Below are positions 9,577-24,214 of a DNA stretch of 64,000 nt, in pieces. How positions within the stretch are numbered: the first letter of the stretch is position 1; the number at the start of each line of letters is the position of its first letter. Location of the stretch: assembly GCA_964016885.1 (NCBI GenBank), contig OZ024743.1, positions 318,122,001-318,186,000 of the forward strand. Reading direction: 5' to 3'. The stretch is from Eledone cirrhosa. Taxonomy: Eukaryota. The position numbers were made by a program, and so were the translations under genes. The notes beneath the pieces were generated by a model. It did no database searches and had not been told where the DNA came from. It worked only from the letters and a program-made list of their open reading frames with translations.

Positions 9577-12500
9577 TTGTATGTCAGGAACTATAGACAA
9601 TAGCACCAATGCTAATCTATATGATGCTGTATGTCAGGGACTATAGACAATAGCACAAATGCTAATCTATATGATACTGTATGTCAGGGACTATAGACAA
9701 TAGCACCAAAGCTAATCCATATGATGTTGTTTGTCAGGAACTATAGACAATAGCACCAATGCTAATCTATATGATACTGTATGTTAGGGACTATAGACAA
9801 TAGCACCAATGCCTATCTATATGATGTTGTATGTCAGAGACTATAGACAATAGCACCAACGCTAATCTATATGATGTTGTATGTCAGAGACTATAGACAA
9901 TAGCACCAATGCTAATCTATATGATGTTGTATGTCAGAGACTATAGACAATAGCACCAATGCTAATCTATATGATGCAGTATGTCAGGGACTATAGACAA
10001 TAGCACCAATGCTAATCTATATGATGTTATATGTCAGGGACTATAGACAATAGCACCAATGCTAATCTATATGATGTTGTATGTCAGAGACTATAGACAA
10101 TAGCACCAATGCTAATCTATATGATGCAGTATGTCAGGGACTATAGACAATAGCACCAATGCTAATCTATATGATGTTATATGTCAGGGACTATAGACAA
10201 TAGCACCAATGCTAATCTATATGATGTTGTATGTCAGAGACTATAGACAATAGCACCAATGCTAATCTATATGATGCAGTATGTCAGGGACTATAGACAA
10301 TAGCACCAATGCTAATCTATATGATGTTATATGTCAGGGACTATAGACAATAGCACCAATGCTAATCTATATGATACTGTATGTCAGGGACTATAGACAA
10401 TAGCACCAATGCTAATCTATATGATGTTATATGTCAGGGACTATAGACAATAGCACCAATGCTAATCTATATGTTACTGTATGTCAGGGACTATAGACAA
10501 TAGCACCAATGCTAATCTATATGATGTTATATGTCAGGGACTATAGACAATAGCACCAATGCTAATCTATATGATGTTGTATGTCAGGGACTATAGATAA
10601 TAGCACCAATGCTAATCTATATGATGTTGTATGTCAGGGACTATAGACAATAGCACCAATGCTAATCTATATGATACTGTATGTTACGGACTATAGACAA
10701 TAGCACCAATGCTAATCTATATGATACTGTATGTCAGGGACTATAGACAATAGCACCAATGCCTATCTATATGATGTTGTATGTCAGGAACTATAGACAA
10801 TAGCACCAATGCCTATCTATATGATACTGTATGTCAGGGACTATAGACAATAGCACCAATGCTAATCTATATGATACTGTATATCAGGGACTATAGACAA
10901 TAGCACCAATGCTAATCTATATGCTGCTGTATGTCAGGGACTATAGACAATAGCACCAATGCTAATCTATATGATACTGTATGTCAGGGACTATAGACAA
11001 TAGCACCAATGCTAATCTATATGATACTGTATGTCAGGGACTATAGACAATAGCACCAATGCTAATCTATATGATACTGTATATCAGGGACTATAGACAA
11101 TAGCACCAATGCTAATCTATATGATACTGTATGTTAGGGACTATAGACAATAGCACCAATGCTAATCTATATGCTGCTGTATGTCAGGGACTATAGACAA
11201 TAGCACCAATGCTAATCTATATGATACTGTATGTCAGGGACTATAGACAACACCACCAATGCTAATCTATATGATGTTGTATGTCAGGGACTATAGACAA
11301 TAGCACCAATGCCTATCTATATGATGTTGTATGTCAGGGACTATAGACAATAGCACCAATGCCTATCTATATGATGTTATATATCAGGGACTATAGACGA
11401 TAGCACCAATGCTAATCTATATGATGTTGTATGTCAGGGACTATAGACAATAGCACCAATGCTAATCTATATGATGTTGTATGTCAGGGACTATAGACAA
11501 CACCACCAATGCTAATCTATATGATGTTGTATGTCAGGGACTATAGACAACACCACCAATGCTAATCTATATGATGTTGTATGTCAGGGACTATAGACAA
11601 AACCACCAATGCTAATCTATATGATACTGTATGTCAGGGACTATAGACAATAGCACCAATGCTAATCTATATGATGTTGTATGTCAGGGACTATAGACAA
11701 CACCACCAATGCTAATCTATATGATGTTGTATGTCAGGGACTATAGACAACACCACCAATGCTAATCTATATGATGTTGTATGTCAGGTACTATAGACAA
11801 TAGCACCAATGCTAGTCTATATGATACTGTATGTCAGGGACTATAGACAATAGCACCAATGCTAATCTATATGATGCTGTATGTCAGAGACTATAGACAA
11901 TAGCACCAATGCTAATCTATATGATGTTGTATGTCAGAGACTATAGACAATAGCACCAATGCTAATCTATATAATGCAGTATGTCAGGGACTATAGACAA
12001 TAGCACCAATGCTAATCTATATGATGTTATATGTCAGGGACTATAGACAATAGCACCAATGCTAATCTATATGATACTGTATGTCAGGGACTATAGACAA
12101 TAGCACCAATGCTAATCTATATGATGCTGTATGTCAGGGACTATAGACAATAGCACCAATGCTAATCTATATGATACTGTATGTCAGGGACTATAGACAA
12201 TAGCACCAAAGCTAATCCATATGATGTTGTATGTCAGGAACTATAGACAATAGCACCAATGCTAATCTATATGATACTGTATGTTAGGGACTATAGACAA
12301 TAGCACCAATGCTAATCTATATGATGTTGTATGTCAGGTACTATAGACAATAGCACCAATGCCTATCTATATGATACTGTATGTCAGGGACTATAGACAA
12401 TAGCACCAATGCTAATCTATATGATACTGTATGTCAGGGACTATAGACAATAGCACCAATGCTAATCTATATGATACTGTATGTCAGGGACTATAGACAA

Positions 12501-14119
12501 TAGCACCAATGCTAATCTATATGATGCTGTATGTCAGGGACTATAGACAATAGCACCAATGCTAATCTATATGATGTTGTATGTCAGGGACTATAGACAG
12601 TAGCACCAATGCTAATCTATATGATACTGTATGTCAGGGACTAGAGACAATAGCACCAATGCTAATCTATATGGTACTGTATGTCAGGGACTATAGACAA
12701 TAGCACCAATGCTAATCTATGTGATGTTGTATGTCAGGAACTATGGACAATAGCAACAATGCTAATCTATATGATACTGTATGTCAGGGACTATAGACAA
12801 TAGCACCAATGCGAATCTATATATTGTATGCCAGGAACTATGGACAATAGCACCAAAGCTAATCCATATGATGTTGTATGTCAGGAACTATAGACAATAG
12901 CACCAATGCCTATCTATATGATACTGTATGTCAGGGACTATAGACAATAGCACCAATGCCTATCTATATGATACTGTATGTCAGGGACTATAGACAATAG
13001 CACCAATGCTAATCTATATGATACTGTATGTCAGGGACTATAGACAATAGCACCAATGCCTATCTATATGATACTGTATGTCAGGGACTATAGACAATAG
13101 CACCAATGCTAATCTATATCATACTGTATGTCAGGGACTGTAGACAATAGCACCAATGCTAATCTATATGTTGCTGTATGTCAGGGACTATAGACAATAG
13201 CACCAATGCTAATCTATATGATGTTGTATGTCAGGGACTATAGACAGTAGCACCAATGCTTATCTATATGATATTGTATGTCAGGGACTAGAGACAATAG
13301 CACCAATGCGAATCTATATATTGTATGCCAGGGACTATAGACTATAGCACCAATGCTAGTCTATATGATGTTGTATGTCAGGGACTATAGACAATAGCAC
13401 CAATGCTAATCTATATGATACTGTATGTCAGGGACTATAGACAATAGCACCAATGCTAATCTATATGATGTTGTATGTCAGGGACTATAGACAATACCAC
13501 CATTGCTAATCTATATGATACTGTATGTCAGGGACTATAGACAATAGCACCAATGCTAATCTATATGATGCTGTATGTCAGGGACTATAGACAATAGCAC
13601 CAATGCTAATCTATATGATGCTGTATGTCAGGGACTATAGACAATAGCACCAATGCTAATCTATATGATGCTGTATGTCAGGGACTATAGACAATAGCAC
13701 CAATGCTAATCTATATGATGCTGTATGTCAGAGACTATAGACAATAGCACCAATGCTAATCTATATGATGTTGTATGTCAGAGACTATAGACAATAGCAC
13801 CAATGCTAATCTATATGATGTTGTATGTCAGAGACTATAGACAATAGCACCAATGCTAATCTATATGGTGTTGTATGTCAGGGACTATAGATAATAGCAC
13901 CAATGCTAATCTATATGGTGTTGTATGTCAGGGACTATAGACAATACCACCATTGCTAATCTATATGGTGTTGTATGTCAGGGACTATAGACAATAGCAC
14001 CAATGCTAATCTATATGATGCAGTATGTCAGGGACTATAGACAATAGCACCAATGCTAATCTATATGATGTTATATGTCAGGGACTATAGACAATAGCAC
14101 CAATGCTAATCTATATGGT

Positions 14120-15620
14120 GTTGTATGTCAGGGACTATAGATAATAGCACCAATGCTAGTCTATATGGTGTTGTATGTCAGGGACTATAGACAATAGCAC
14201 CAATGCTAATCTATATGATGCAGTATGTCAGGGACTATAGACAATAGCACCAATGCTAATCTATATGATGTTATATGTCAGGGACTATAGACAATAGCAC
14301 CAATGCTAATCTATATAATACTGTATGTCAGGGACTATAGACAATAGCACCAATGCTAATCTATATGATGCTGTATGTCAGGGACTATAGACAATAGCAC
14401 AAATGCTAATCTATATGATACTGTATGTCAGGGACTATAGACAATAGCACCAATGCTAATCTATATGATGTTATATGTCAGGGACTATAGACAATAGCAC
14501 CAATGCTAATCTATATAATACTGTATGTCAGGGACTATAGACAATAGCACCAATGCTAATCTATATGATGCTGTATGTCAGGGACTATAGACAATAGCAC
14601 CAATGCTAATCTATATGATGTTGTATGTCAGGGACTATAGATAATAGCACCAATGCTAGTCTATATGGTGTTGTATGTCAGGGACTATAGACAATAGCAC
14701 CAATGCTAATCTATATGATGCAGTATGTCAGGGACTATAGACAATAGCACCAATGCTAATCTATATGATGTTATATGTCAGGGACTATAGACAATAGCAC
14801 CAATGCTAATCTATATAATACTGTATGTCAGGGACTATAGACAATAGCACCAATGCTAATCTATATGATGCTGTATGTCAGGGACTATAGACAATAGCAC
14901 AGATGCTAATCTATATGATACTGTATGTCAGGGACTATAGACAATAGCACCAATGCTAATCTATATGATGTTATATGTCAGGGACTATAGACAATAGCAC
15001 CAATGCTAATCTATATAATACTGTATGTCAGGGACTATAGACAATAGCACCAATGCTAATCTATATGATGCTGTATGTCAGGGACTATAGACAATAGCAC
15101 CAATGCTAATCTATATGATGTTGTATGTCAGGGACTATAGATAATAGCACCAATGCTAGTCTATATGGTGTTGTATGTCAGGGACTATAGACAATAGCAC
15201 CAATGCTAATCTATATGATGCAGTATGTCAGGGACTATAGACAATAGCACCAATGCTAATCTATATGATGTTATATGTCAGGGACTATAGACAATAGCAC
15301 CAATGCTAATCTATATAATACTGTATGTCAGGGACTATAGACAATAGCACCAATGCTAATCTATATGATGCTGTATGTCAGGGACTATAGACAATAGCAC
15401 AAATGCTAATCTATATGATACTGTATGTCAGGGACTATAGACAATAGCACCAATGCTAATCTATATGATGTTATATGTCAGGGACTATAGACAATAGCAC
15501 CAATGCTAATCTATATAATACTGTATGTCAGGGACTATAGACAATAGCACCAATGCTAATCTATATGATGCTGTATGTCAGGGACTATAGACAATAGCAC
15601 CAATGCTAATCTATATGATA
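14120..15620. repeat. Higher-order repeat, 500-bp period (10 monomers x3)
   Basis: ATAATAGCACCAATGCTAGTCTATATGGTG occurs at 14141, 14641 and 15141. AAATG/AGATG/AAATG occurs at 14401, 14901 and 15401. The intervening GCA, GTTA, ATAATACT, GCT order is the same each time. Confidence 0.92.
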
Positions 15621-18600
15621 CTGTATGTTAGGGACTATAGACAATAGCACCAATGCTAATCTATATGATACTGTATGTTAGGGACTATAGACAATAGCAC
15701 CAATGCCTATCAATATGATACTGTATGTCAGGGACTATAGACAATAGCACCAATGCTAATCTATATGATACTGTATGTCAGGGACTGTAGACAATAGCAC
15801 CAATGCTAATCTATATGATGTTGTATGTCAGGAACTATAGACAATAGCACCAATGCTAATCTATATGATGCTGTATGTCAGGTACTATAGACAATATCAC
15901 CAATGCTGATCTATATGATGTTGTATGTCAGGGACTATAGACAATAGCACCAATGCTAATCTATATGATGTTGTATGTCAGGGACTATAGACAATAGCAC
16001 CAATGCTAATCTATATGATGTTGTATGTCAGGGACTATAGACAATAGCACCAATGCTAATCTATATGATGCTGTATGTCATGGACTATAGACAATAGCAC
16101 CAATGCTAATCTATATGATACTGTATGTCAGGGACTGTAGACAATAGCACCAATGCTAATCTATATGATACTGTATGTCAGGGACTGTAGACAATAGCAC
16201 CAATGCTAATCTATATGATGTTGTATGTCAGGAACTATAGACAATAGCACCAATGCTAATCTATATGATGCTGTATGTCAGGTGCTATAGACAATACCAC
16301 CAATGCTAATCTATATGATGTTGTATGTCAGGGACTATAGACAATAGCACCAATGCTAATCTATATGATGCTGTATGTCAGAGACTATAGACAATAGCAC
16401 CAATGCTAATCTATATGATGTTGTATGTCAGGGACTATAGACAACACCACCAATGCTATTCTATATGATGCTGTATGTCAGGGACTATAGACGATAGCAC
16501 CAATGCTAATCTATATGATACTGTATGTCAGGGACTATAGACAATAGCACCAATGCTAATCTATATGATGTTGTATGTCAGGGACTATAGACAATAGCAC
16601 CAATGCCTATCTATATGATGTTGTATGTCAGGGACTATAGACAATAGCACCAATGCCTATCTATATGATGTTGTATGCCAGGGACTATAGACAATAGCAC
16701 CAATGCTAATCTATATGATGTTGTATGTCAGGGACTATAGACAATAGCACCAATGCTAATCTATATGATACTGTATGTCAGGGACTATAGACAATAGCAC
16801 CAATGCTAATCTATATGATACTGTATGTGAGGGACTATAGACAATAGCACCAATGCTAATCTATATGATGTTGTATGTCAGGTACTATAGACAACACCAC
16901 CAATGCTAATCTATATGATGTTGTATGTCAGAGACTATAGACAATAGCACCAATGCTAATCTATATGATGTTGTATGTCAGGGACTATAGACAATAGCAC
17001 CAATGCTAATCTATATGATACTGTATGTTAGGGACTATAGACAACACCACCAATGCTATTCTATATGATCCTGTATGTCAGGGACTATAGACAATAGCAC
17101 CAATGCTAATCTATATGATGTTGTATGCCAGGGACTATAGACAATAGCACCAATGCTAATCTATATGATGTTGTATGTCAGGGACTATAGACAATAGCAC
17201 CAATGCCTATCTATATGATACTGTATGTCAGGGACTATAGACAATAGCACCAATGCTAATCTATATGATGCTGTATGTCAGGTACTATAGACAATAGCAC
17301 CAATGCTAATCCATATGATGTTGTATGTCAGGAACTATAGACAATAGCACCAATGCTAATCTATATGATACTGTATGTTAGGGACTATAGACAATAGCAC
17401 CAGTGCCTATCTATATCATACTGTATGTCAGGGACTGTAGACAATAGCACCAATGCTAATCTATATGATGCTGTATGTCAGGTACTATAGACAATATCAC
17501 CAATGCTGATCTATATGATGTTGTATGTCAGGGACTATAGACAATAGCACCAATGCTAATCTATATGATGTTGTATGTCAGGGACTATAGACAATAGCAC
17601 CAATGCTAATCTATATGATACTGTATGTCAGGGACTATAGACAATAGCACCAATGCCTATCTATATGATGTTGTATGTCAGGGACTATAGACAATAGCAC
17701 CAATGCCTATCTATATGATACTGTATGTCAGGGACTATAGACAATAGCACCAATGCTAATCTATATGATACTGTATGTCAGGGACTATAGACAATAGCAC
17801 CAATGCTAATCTATATGATGTTGTATGTCAGGAACTATAGACAATAGCACCAATGCTAATCTATATGATGTTGTATGTCAGGGACTATAGACAATAGCAC
17901 CAATGCTAATCTATATGATACTGTATGTCAGGGACTATAGACAATAGCACCAATGCCTATCTATATGATACTGTATGTCAGGGACTATAGACAATAGCAC
18001 CAATGCTAATCTATATGATACTGTATGTCAGGGACTATAGACAATAGCACCAATGCTAATCTATATGATGTTATATATCAGGGACTATAGACAATAGCAC
18101 CAATGCTAAGCTATATGATACTGTATGTCAGGGACTATAGACAATAGCACCAATGCTAATCTATATGATACTGTATGTCAGGGACTATAGACAATAGCAC
18201 CAATGCTAATCTATATGATGTTGTATGTCAGGAACTATAGACAATATCACCAATGCTGATCTATATGATGTTGTATGTCAGGGACTATAGACAATAGCAC
18301 CAATGCTAATCTATATGATGTTATATGTCAGGGACTATAGACAATAGAACCAATGCTAATCTATATGATACTGTATGTCAGGGACTATAGACAATAGCAC
18401 CAATGCTAATCTATATGATGTTGTATGTCAGGGACTATAGACAATAGCACCAATGCCTATCTATATGATACTGTATGTCAGGGACTATAGACAATAGCAC
18501 CAATGCTAATCTATATGATACTGTATGTCAGGGACTATAGACAATAGCACCAATGCCTATCTATATGATACTGTATGTCAGGGACTATAGACAATAGCAC

Positions 18601-21600
18601 CAATGCTAATCTATATGATGTTGTATGCCAGGGACTATAGACTATAGCACCAATGCTAATCTATATGATGTTGTATGTCAGGGACTATAGACAATAGCAC
18701 CAATGCCTATCTATATGATACTGTATGTCAGGGACTATAGACAATAGCACCAATGCTAATCTATATGATACTGTATGTCAGGGACTATAGACAATAGCAC
18801 CAATGCCTATCTATATGATACTGTATGTCAGGGACTATAGACAATAGCACCAATGCTAATCTATATGATACTGTATGTCAGGGACTATAGACAATAGCAC
18901 CAATGCCTATCTATATGATACTGTATGTCAGGGACTATAGACAATAGCACCAATGCTAATCTATATGATACTGTATGTCAGGGACTATAGACAATAGCAC
19001 TAATGCTAATCTATATGTTGTTATATGTCAGGGACTATAGACAATAGCACCAATGCTAATCTATATGATACTGTATGTCAGGGACTATAGACAATAGCAC
19101 CAATGCTAATCTATATGATGTTGTATGTCAGGAACTATAGACAATAGCACCAATGCTAATCTATATGATACTGTATGTCAGCGACTATAGACAATAGCAC
19201 CAATGCTAATCTATATGATGCTGTATGTCAGGTACTATAGACAATAGTACCAATGCTAATCTATATGATGTTGTATGTCAGGGACTATAGACAATAGCAC
19301 CAATGCTAATCTATATGATACTGTATGTCAGGGACTATAGACAATACCACCAATGCTAATCTATATGATGTTGTATGTCAGGGACTATAGACAATACCAC
19401 CAATGCTAATCTATATGATGTTGTATGTCAGGGACTATAGACAATAGCACCAATGCTAATCTATATGATGCTGTATGTCAGGGACTATAGACAATAGCAC
19501 CAATGCTAATCTATATGATGCTGTATGTCAGGGACTATAGACAATAGCACCAATGCTAATCTATATATTGTATGCCAGGGACTATAGACAATAGCACCAA
19601 TGCTAATCTATATGATACTGTATGTCAGGGACTATAGACAATAGCACCAATGCTAATCTATATGATGTTGTATGTCAGGGACTATAGACAATAGCAGCAA
19701 TGCTAATCTATATGATGTTGTATGTCAGAGACTATGGACAACACCACCAATGCTAATCTATATGATGTTGTATGTCAGGAACTATAGACAATAGCACCAA
19801 TGCTAATCTATATGATATTGTATGTCAGGGACTATGGACAACACCACCAATGCTAATCTATATGATGCTGCATGTCAGGGACTATGGACAACACCACCAA
19901 TGCTAATCTATATGATGTTGTATGTCAGGGACTATAGACAATAGCACCAATGCTAATCTATATGATACTGTATGTCCGGGACTATAGACAATAGCACCAA
20001 TGCTAATCTATATGATGTTGTATGTCAGAGACTATGGACAACACCACCAATGCTAATCTATATGATGTTGTATGTCAGGGACTATAGACAATAGCACCAA
20101 TGCTAATCTATATGATACTGTATGTCAGGGACTATAGACAATAGCACCAATGCTAATCTATATGATACTGCATGTCAGGGACTATGGACAACACCACCAA
20201 TGCTAATCTATATGATGTTGTATGTCAGGGACTATAGACAATAGCACCAATGCTAATCTATATGATGTTGTATGTCAGGGACTATAGACAATAGCACCAA
20301 TGCTAATCTATATGATACTGTATGTCAGGGACTATAGACAATAGCAGCAATGCTAATCTATATGATACTGTATGTCAGGGACTATAGACAATACCACCAA
20401 TGCTAATCTATATGATGTTGTATGTCAGAGACTATAGACAATAGCACCAATGCTAATCTATATGATGTTGTATGTCAGGGACTATAGACAATAGCACCAA
20501 TGCTAATCTATATGATGCTGTATGTCAGGGACTATAGACAACACCACCAATGCTAATCTATATGATGTTGTATGTCAGGGACTATAGACAATAGCACCAA
20601 TGCTAATCTATCTGATGCTGTATGTCAGGTACTATAGACAATAGCACCAATGCTAATCTATATGATACTGCATGTCAGGGACTATGGACAACACCACCAA
20701 TGCTAATCTATATGATGTTGTATGTCAGGGACTATAGACAATAGCACCAATGCTAATCTATATGATACTGTATGTCAGGGACTATAGACAATAGCACCAA
20801 TGCTAATCTATATGATGTTGTATGTCAGGGACTATAGACAATAGCACCAATGCTAATCTATATGATGCTGTATGTCAGGGACTATAGACAACACCACCAA
20901 TGCTAATCTATATGATGTTGTATGTCAGGGACTATAGACAATAGCACCAATGCTAATCTATCTGATGCTGTATGTCAGGTACTATAGACAATAGCACCAA
21001 TGCTAATCTATATGATACTGCATGTCAGGGACTATGGACAACACCACCAATGCTAATCTATATGATGTTGTATGTCAGGGACTATAGACAATAGCACCAA
21101 TGCTAATCTATATGATACTGTATGTCAGGGACTATAGACAATAGCACCAATGCTAATCTATATGATGTTGTATGTCAGGGACTATAGACAACACCACCAA
21201 TGCTAATCTATATGATGCTGTATGTCAGGGACTATAGACAATAGCACCAATGCTAATCTATCTGATGCTGTATGTCAGGTACTATAGACAATAGCACCAA
21301 TGCTAATCTATATGATGTTGTATGTCAGGGACTATAGACAACACCACCAATGCTAATCTATATGATGTTGTATGTCAGGGACTATAGACAACACCACCAA
21401 TGCTAATCTATATGATGTTGTATGTCAGGGACTATAGACAACACCACCAATGCTAATCTATATGATGTTGTATGTCAGGGACTATAGACAATAGCACCAA
21501 TGCTGATCTATATGATGTTGTATGTCAGGGACTATAGACAACACCACCAATGCTAATCTATATGATGTTGTATGTCAGGGACTATAGACAACACCACCAA

Positions 21601-24214
21601 TGCTAATCTATATGATGCTGTATGTCAGGGACTAGAGACAATAGCACCAATGCTAATCTATATGATACTGTATGTCAGGGACTAGAGACAATAGCACCAA
21701 TGCTAATCTATATGATGTTGTATGTCAGGGACTAGAGACAATAGCACCAATGCTGATCTATATGATGTTGTATGTCAGGGACTATAGACAACACCACCAA
21801 TGCTAATCTATATGATGTTGTATGTCAGGGACTATAGACAACACCACCAATGCTAATCTATATGATGCTGTATGTCAGGGACTATAGACAACACCACCAA
21901 TGCTAATCTATATGATGTTGTATGTCAGGGACTAGAGACAATAGCACCAATGCTGATCTATATGATGTTGTATGTCAGGGACTATAGACAACACCACCAA
22001 TGCTAATCTATATGATGTTGTATGTCAGGGACTATAGACAACACCACCAATGCTAATCTATATGATGTTGTATGTCAGGGACTATAGACAACACCACCAA
22101 TGCTAATCTATATGATGTTGTATGTCAGGGACTATAGACAATAGCACCAATGCTAATCTATATGATGTTGTATGTCAGGGACTATAGACAATAGCACCAA
22201 TGCTAATCTATATGATACTGTATGTCAGGGACTATAGACAATAGCACCAATGCTAATCTATATGATGCTGTATGTCAGGGACTATAGACAACACCACCAA
22301 GGCTAATCTATATGATACTGTATGTCAGGGACTATAGACAATAGCACCAATGCTAATCTATATGATATTGTATGTCAGGGACTATAGACAATAGCACCAA
22401 TGCTAATCTATATGATATTGTATGTCAGGGACTATAGACAACACCACCAATGCTAATCTATATGATGCTGTATGTCAGGGACTATAGACAACACCACCAT
22501 TGCTAATCTATATGATACTGTATGCCAGGGACTATAGACGATAGCACCAATGCTAATCTATATGATATTGTATGTCAGGGACTATAGACAATAGCACCAA
22601 TGCTAATCTATATGATGCTGTATGTCAGGGACTATAGACAGTAGCATCAATGCTAATCTATATGATATTGTATGTCAGGGACTATAGACAATAGCACCAA
22701 TGCTAATCTATATGATGCTGTATGTCAGGGACTATAGACAATAGTACCAATGCTAATCTATATGATGCTGTATGTCAGGGACTATAGACAATAGCACCAA
22801 TGCTAATCTATATGATGTTATATGTCAGGGACTATAGACAATAGCACCAATGCTAATCTATATGATACTGTATGTCAGGGACTATAGACAATAGCACCAA
22901 TGCTAATCTATATGATGTTGTATGTCAGGGACTATAGACAATAGCACCAATGCTAATCTATATGATGCTGTATGTCAGGGAATATAGACAATAGCACCAA
23001 TGCTAATCTATATGATGTTATATGTCAGGGACTATAGACAATAGCACCAATGCTAATCTATATGATACTGTATGTCAGGGACTATAGACAATAGCACCAA
23101 TGCTAATCTATATGATGTTGTATGTCAGGGACTATAGACAATAGCACCAATGCTAATCTATATATTGTATGCCAGGGACTATAGACAATAGCAGCAATGC
23201 TAATCTATATGATACTGTATGTCAGTGACTATGGACAACACCACCAATGCTAATCTATATGATGCTGTATGTCAGGGACTATAGACAATAGCAGCAATGC
23301 TAATCTATATGATACTGTATGTCAGGGACTATAGACAATAGCACCAATGCTAATCTATATGATGCTGTATGTCAGGGACTATAGACAATAGCACCAATGC
23401 TAATCTATATGATGTTGTATGTCAGGGACTATAGACAATAGCACCAATGCTAATCTATATGATGTTGTATGTCAGGGACTATAGACAACACCACCAATGC
23501 TAATCTATATGATGCTGTATGTCAGGGACTATAGACAATAGCACCAATGCTAATCTATATGATACTGTATGTCAGAGACTATAGACAATAGCACCAATGC
23601 TAATCTATATGATGCTGTATGTCAGGGACTATAGACAATAGCACCAATGCTAATCTATATGATGTTGTATGTCAGGGACTATAGACAATAGCACCAATGC
23701 TAATCTATATGATGTTGTATGTCAGGGACTATAGACAATAGCACCAATGCTAATCTATATGATGCTGTATGTCAGGGACTATAGACAATAGCAGCAATGC
23801 TAATCTATATGATACTGTATGTCAGGGACTATAGACAATAGCACCAATGCTAATCTATATGATGCTGTATGTCAGGGACTATAGACAATAGCACCAATGC
23901 TAATCTATATGATGTTGTATGTCAGGGACTATAGACAATAGCACCAATGCTAATCTATATGATGTTGTATGTCAGGGACTATAGACAATAGCACCAATGC
24001 TAATCTATATGATGCTGTATGTCAGGGACTATAGACAATAGCAGCAATGCTAATCTATATGATACTGTATGTCAGGGACTATAGACAATAGCACCAATGC
24101 TAATCTATATGATGTTGTATGTCAGGGACTATAGACAATAGCACCAATGCTAATCTATATGATGTTGTATGTCAGGGACTATAGACAATAGCACCAATGC
24201 TAATCTATATGATG

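Noticed and set aside
7200-10350. 150-bp trimer as a nucleosome-positioning unit
   Set aside because: Trimer periodicity is only local. Other HOR sizes (5, 7, 10, 43, 47 monomers) are not multiples of three, so there is no array-wide support.
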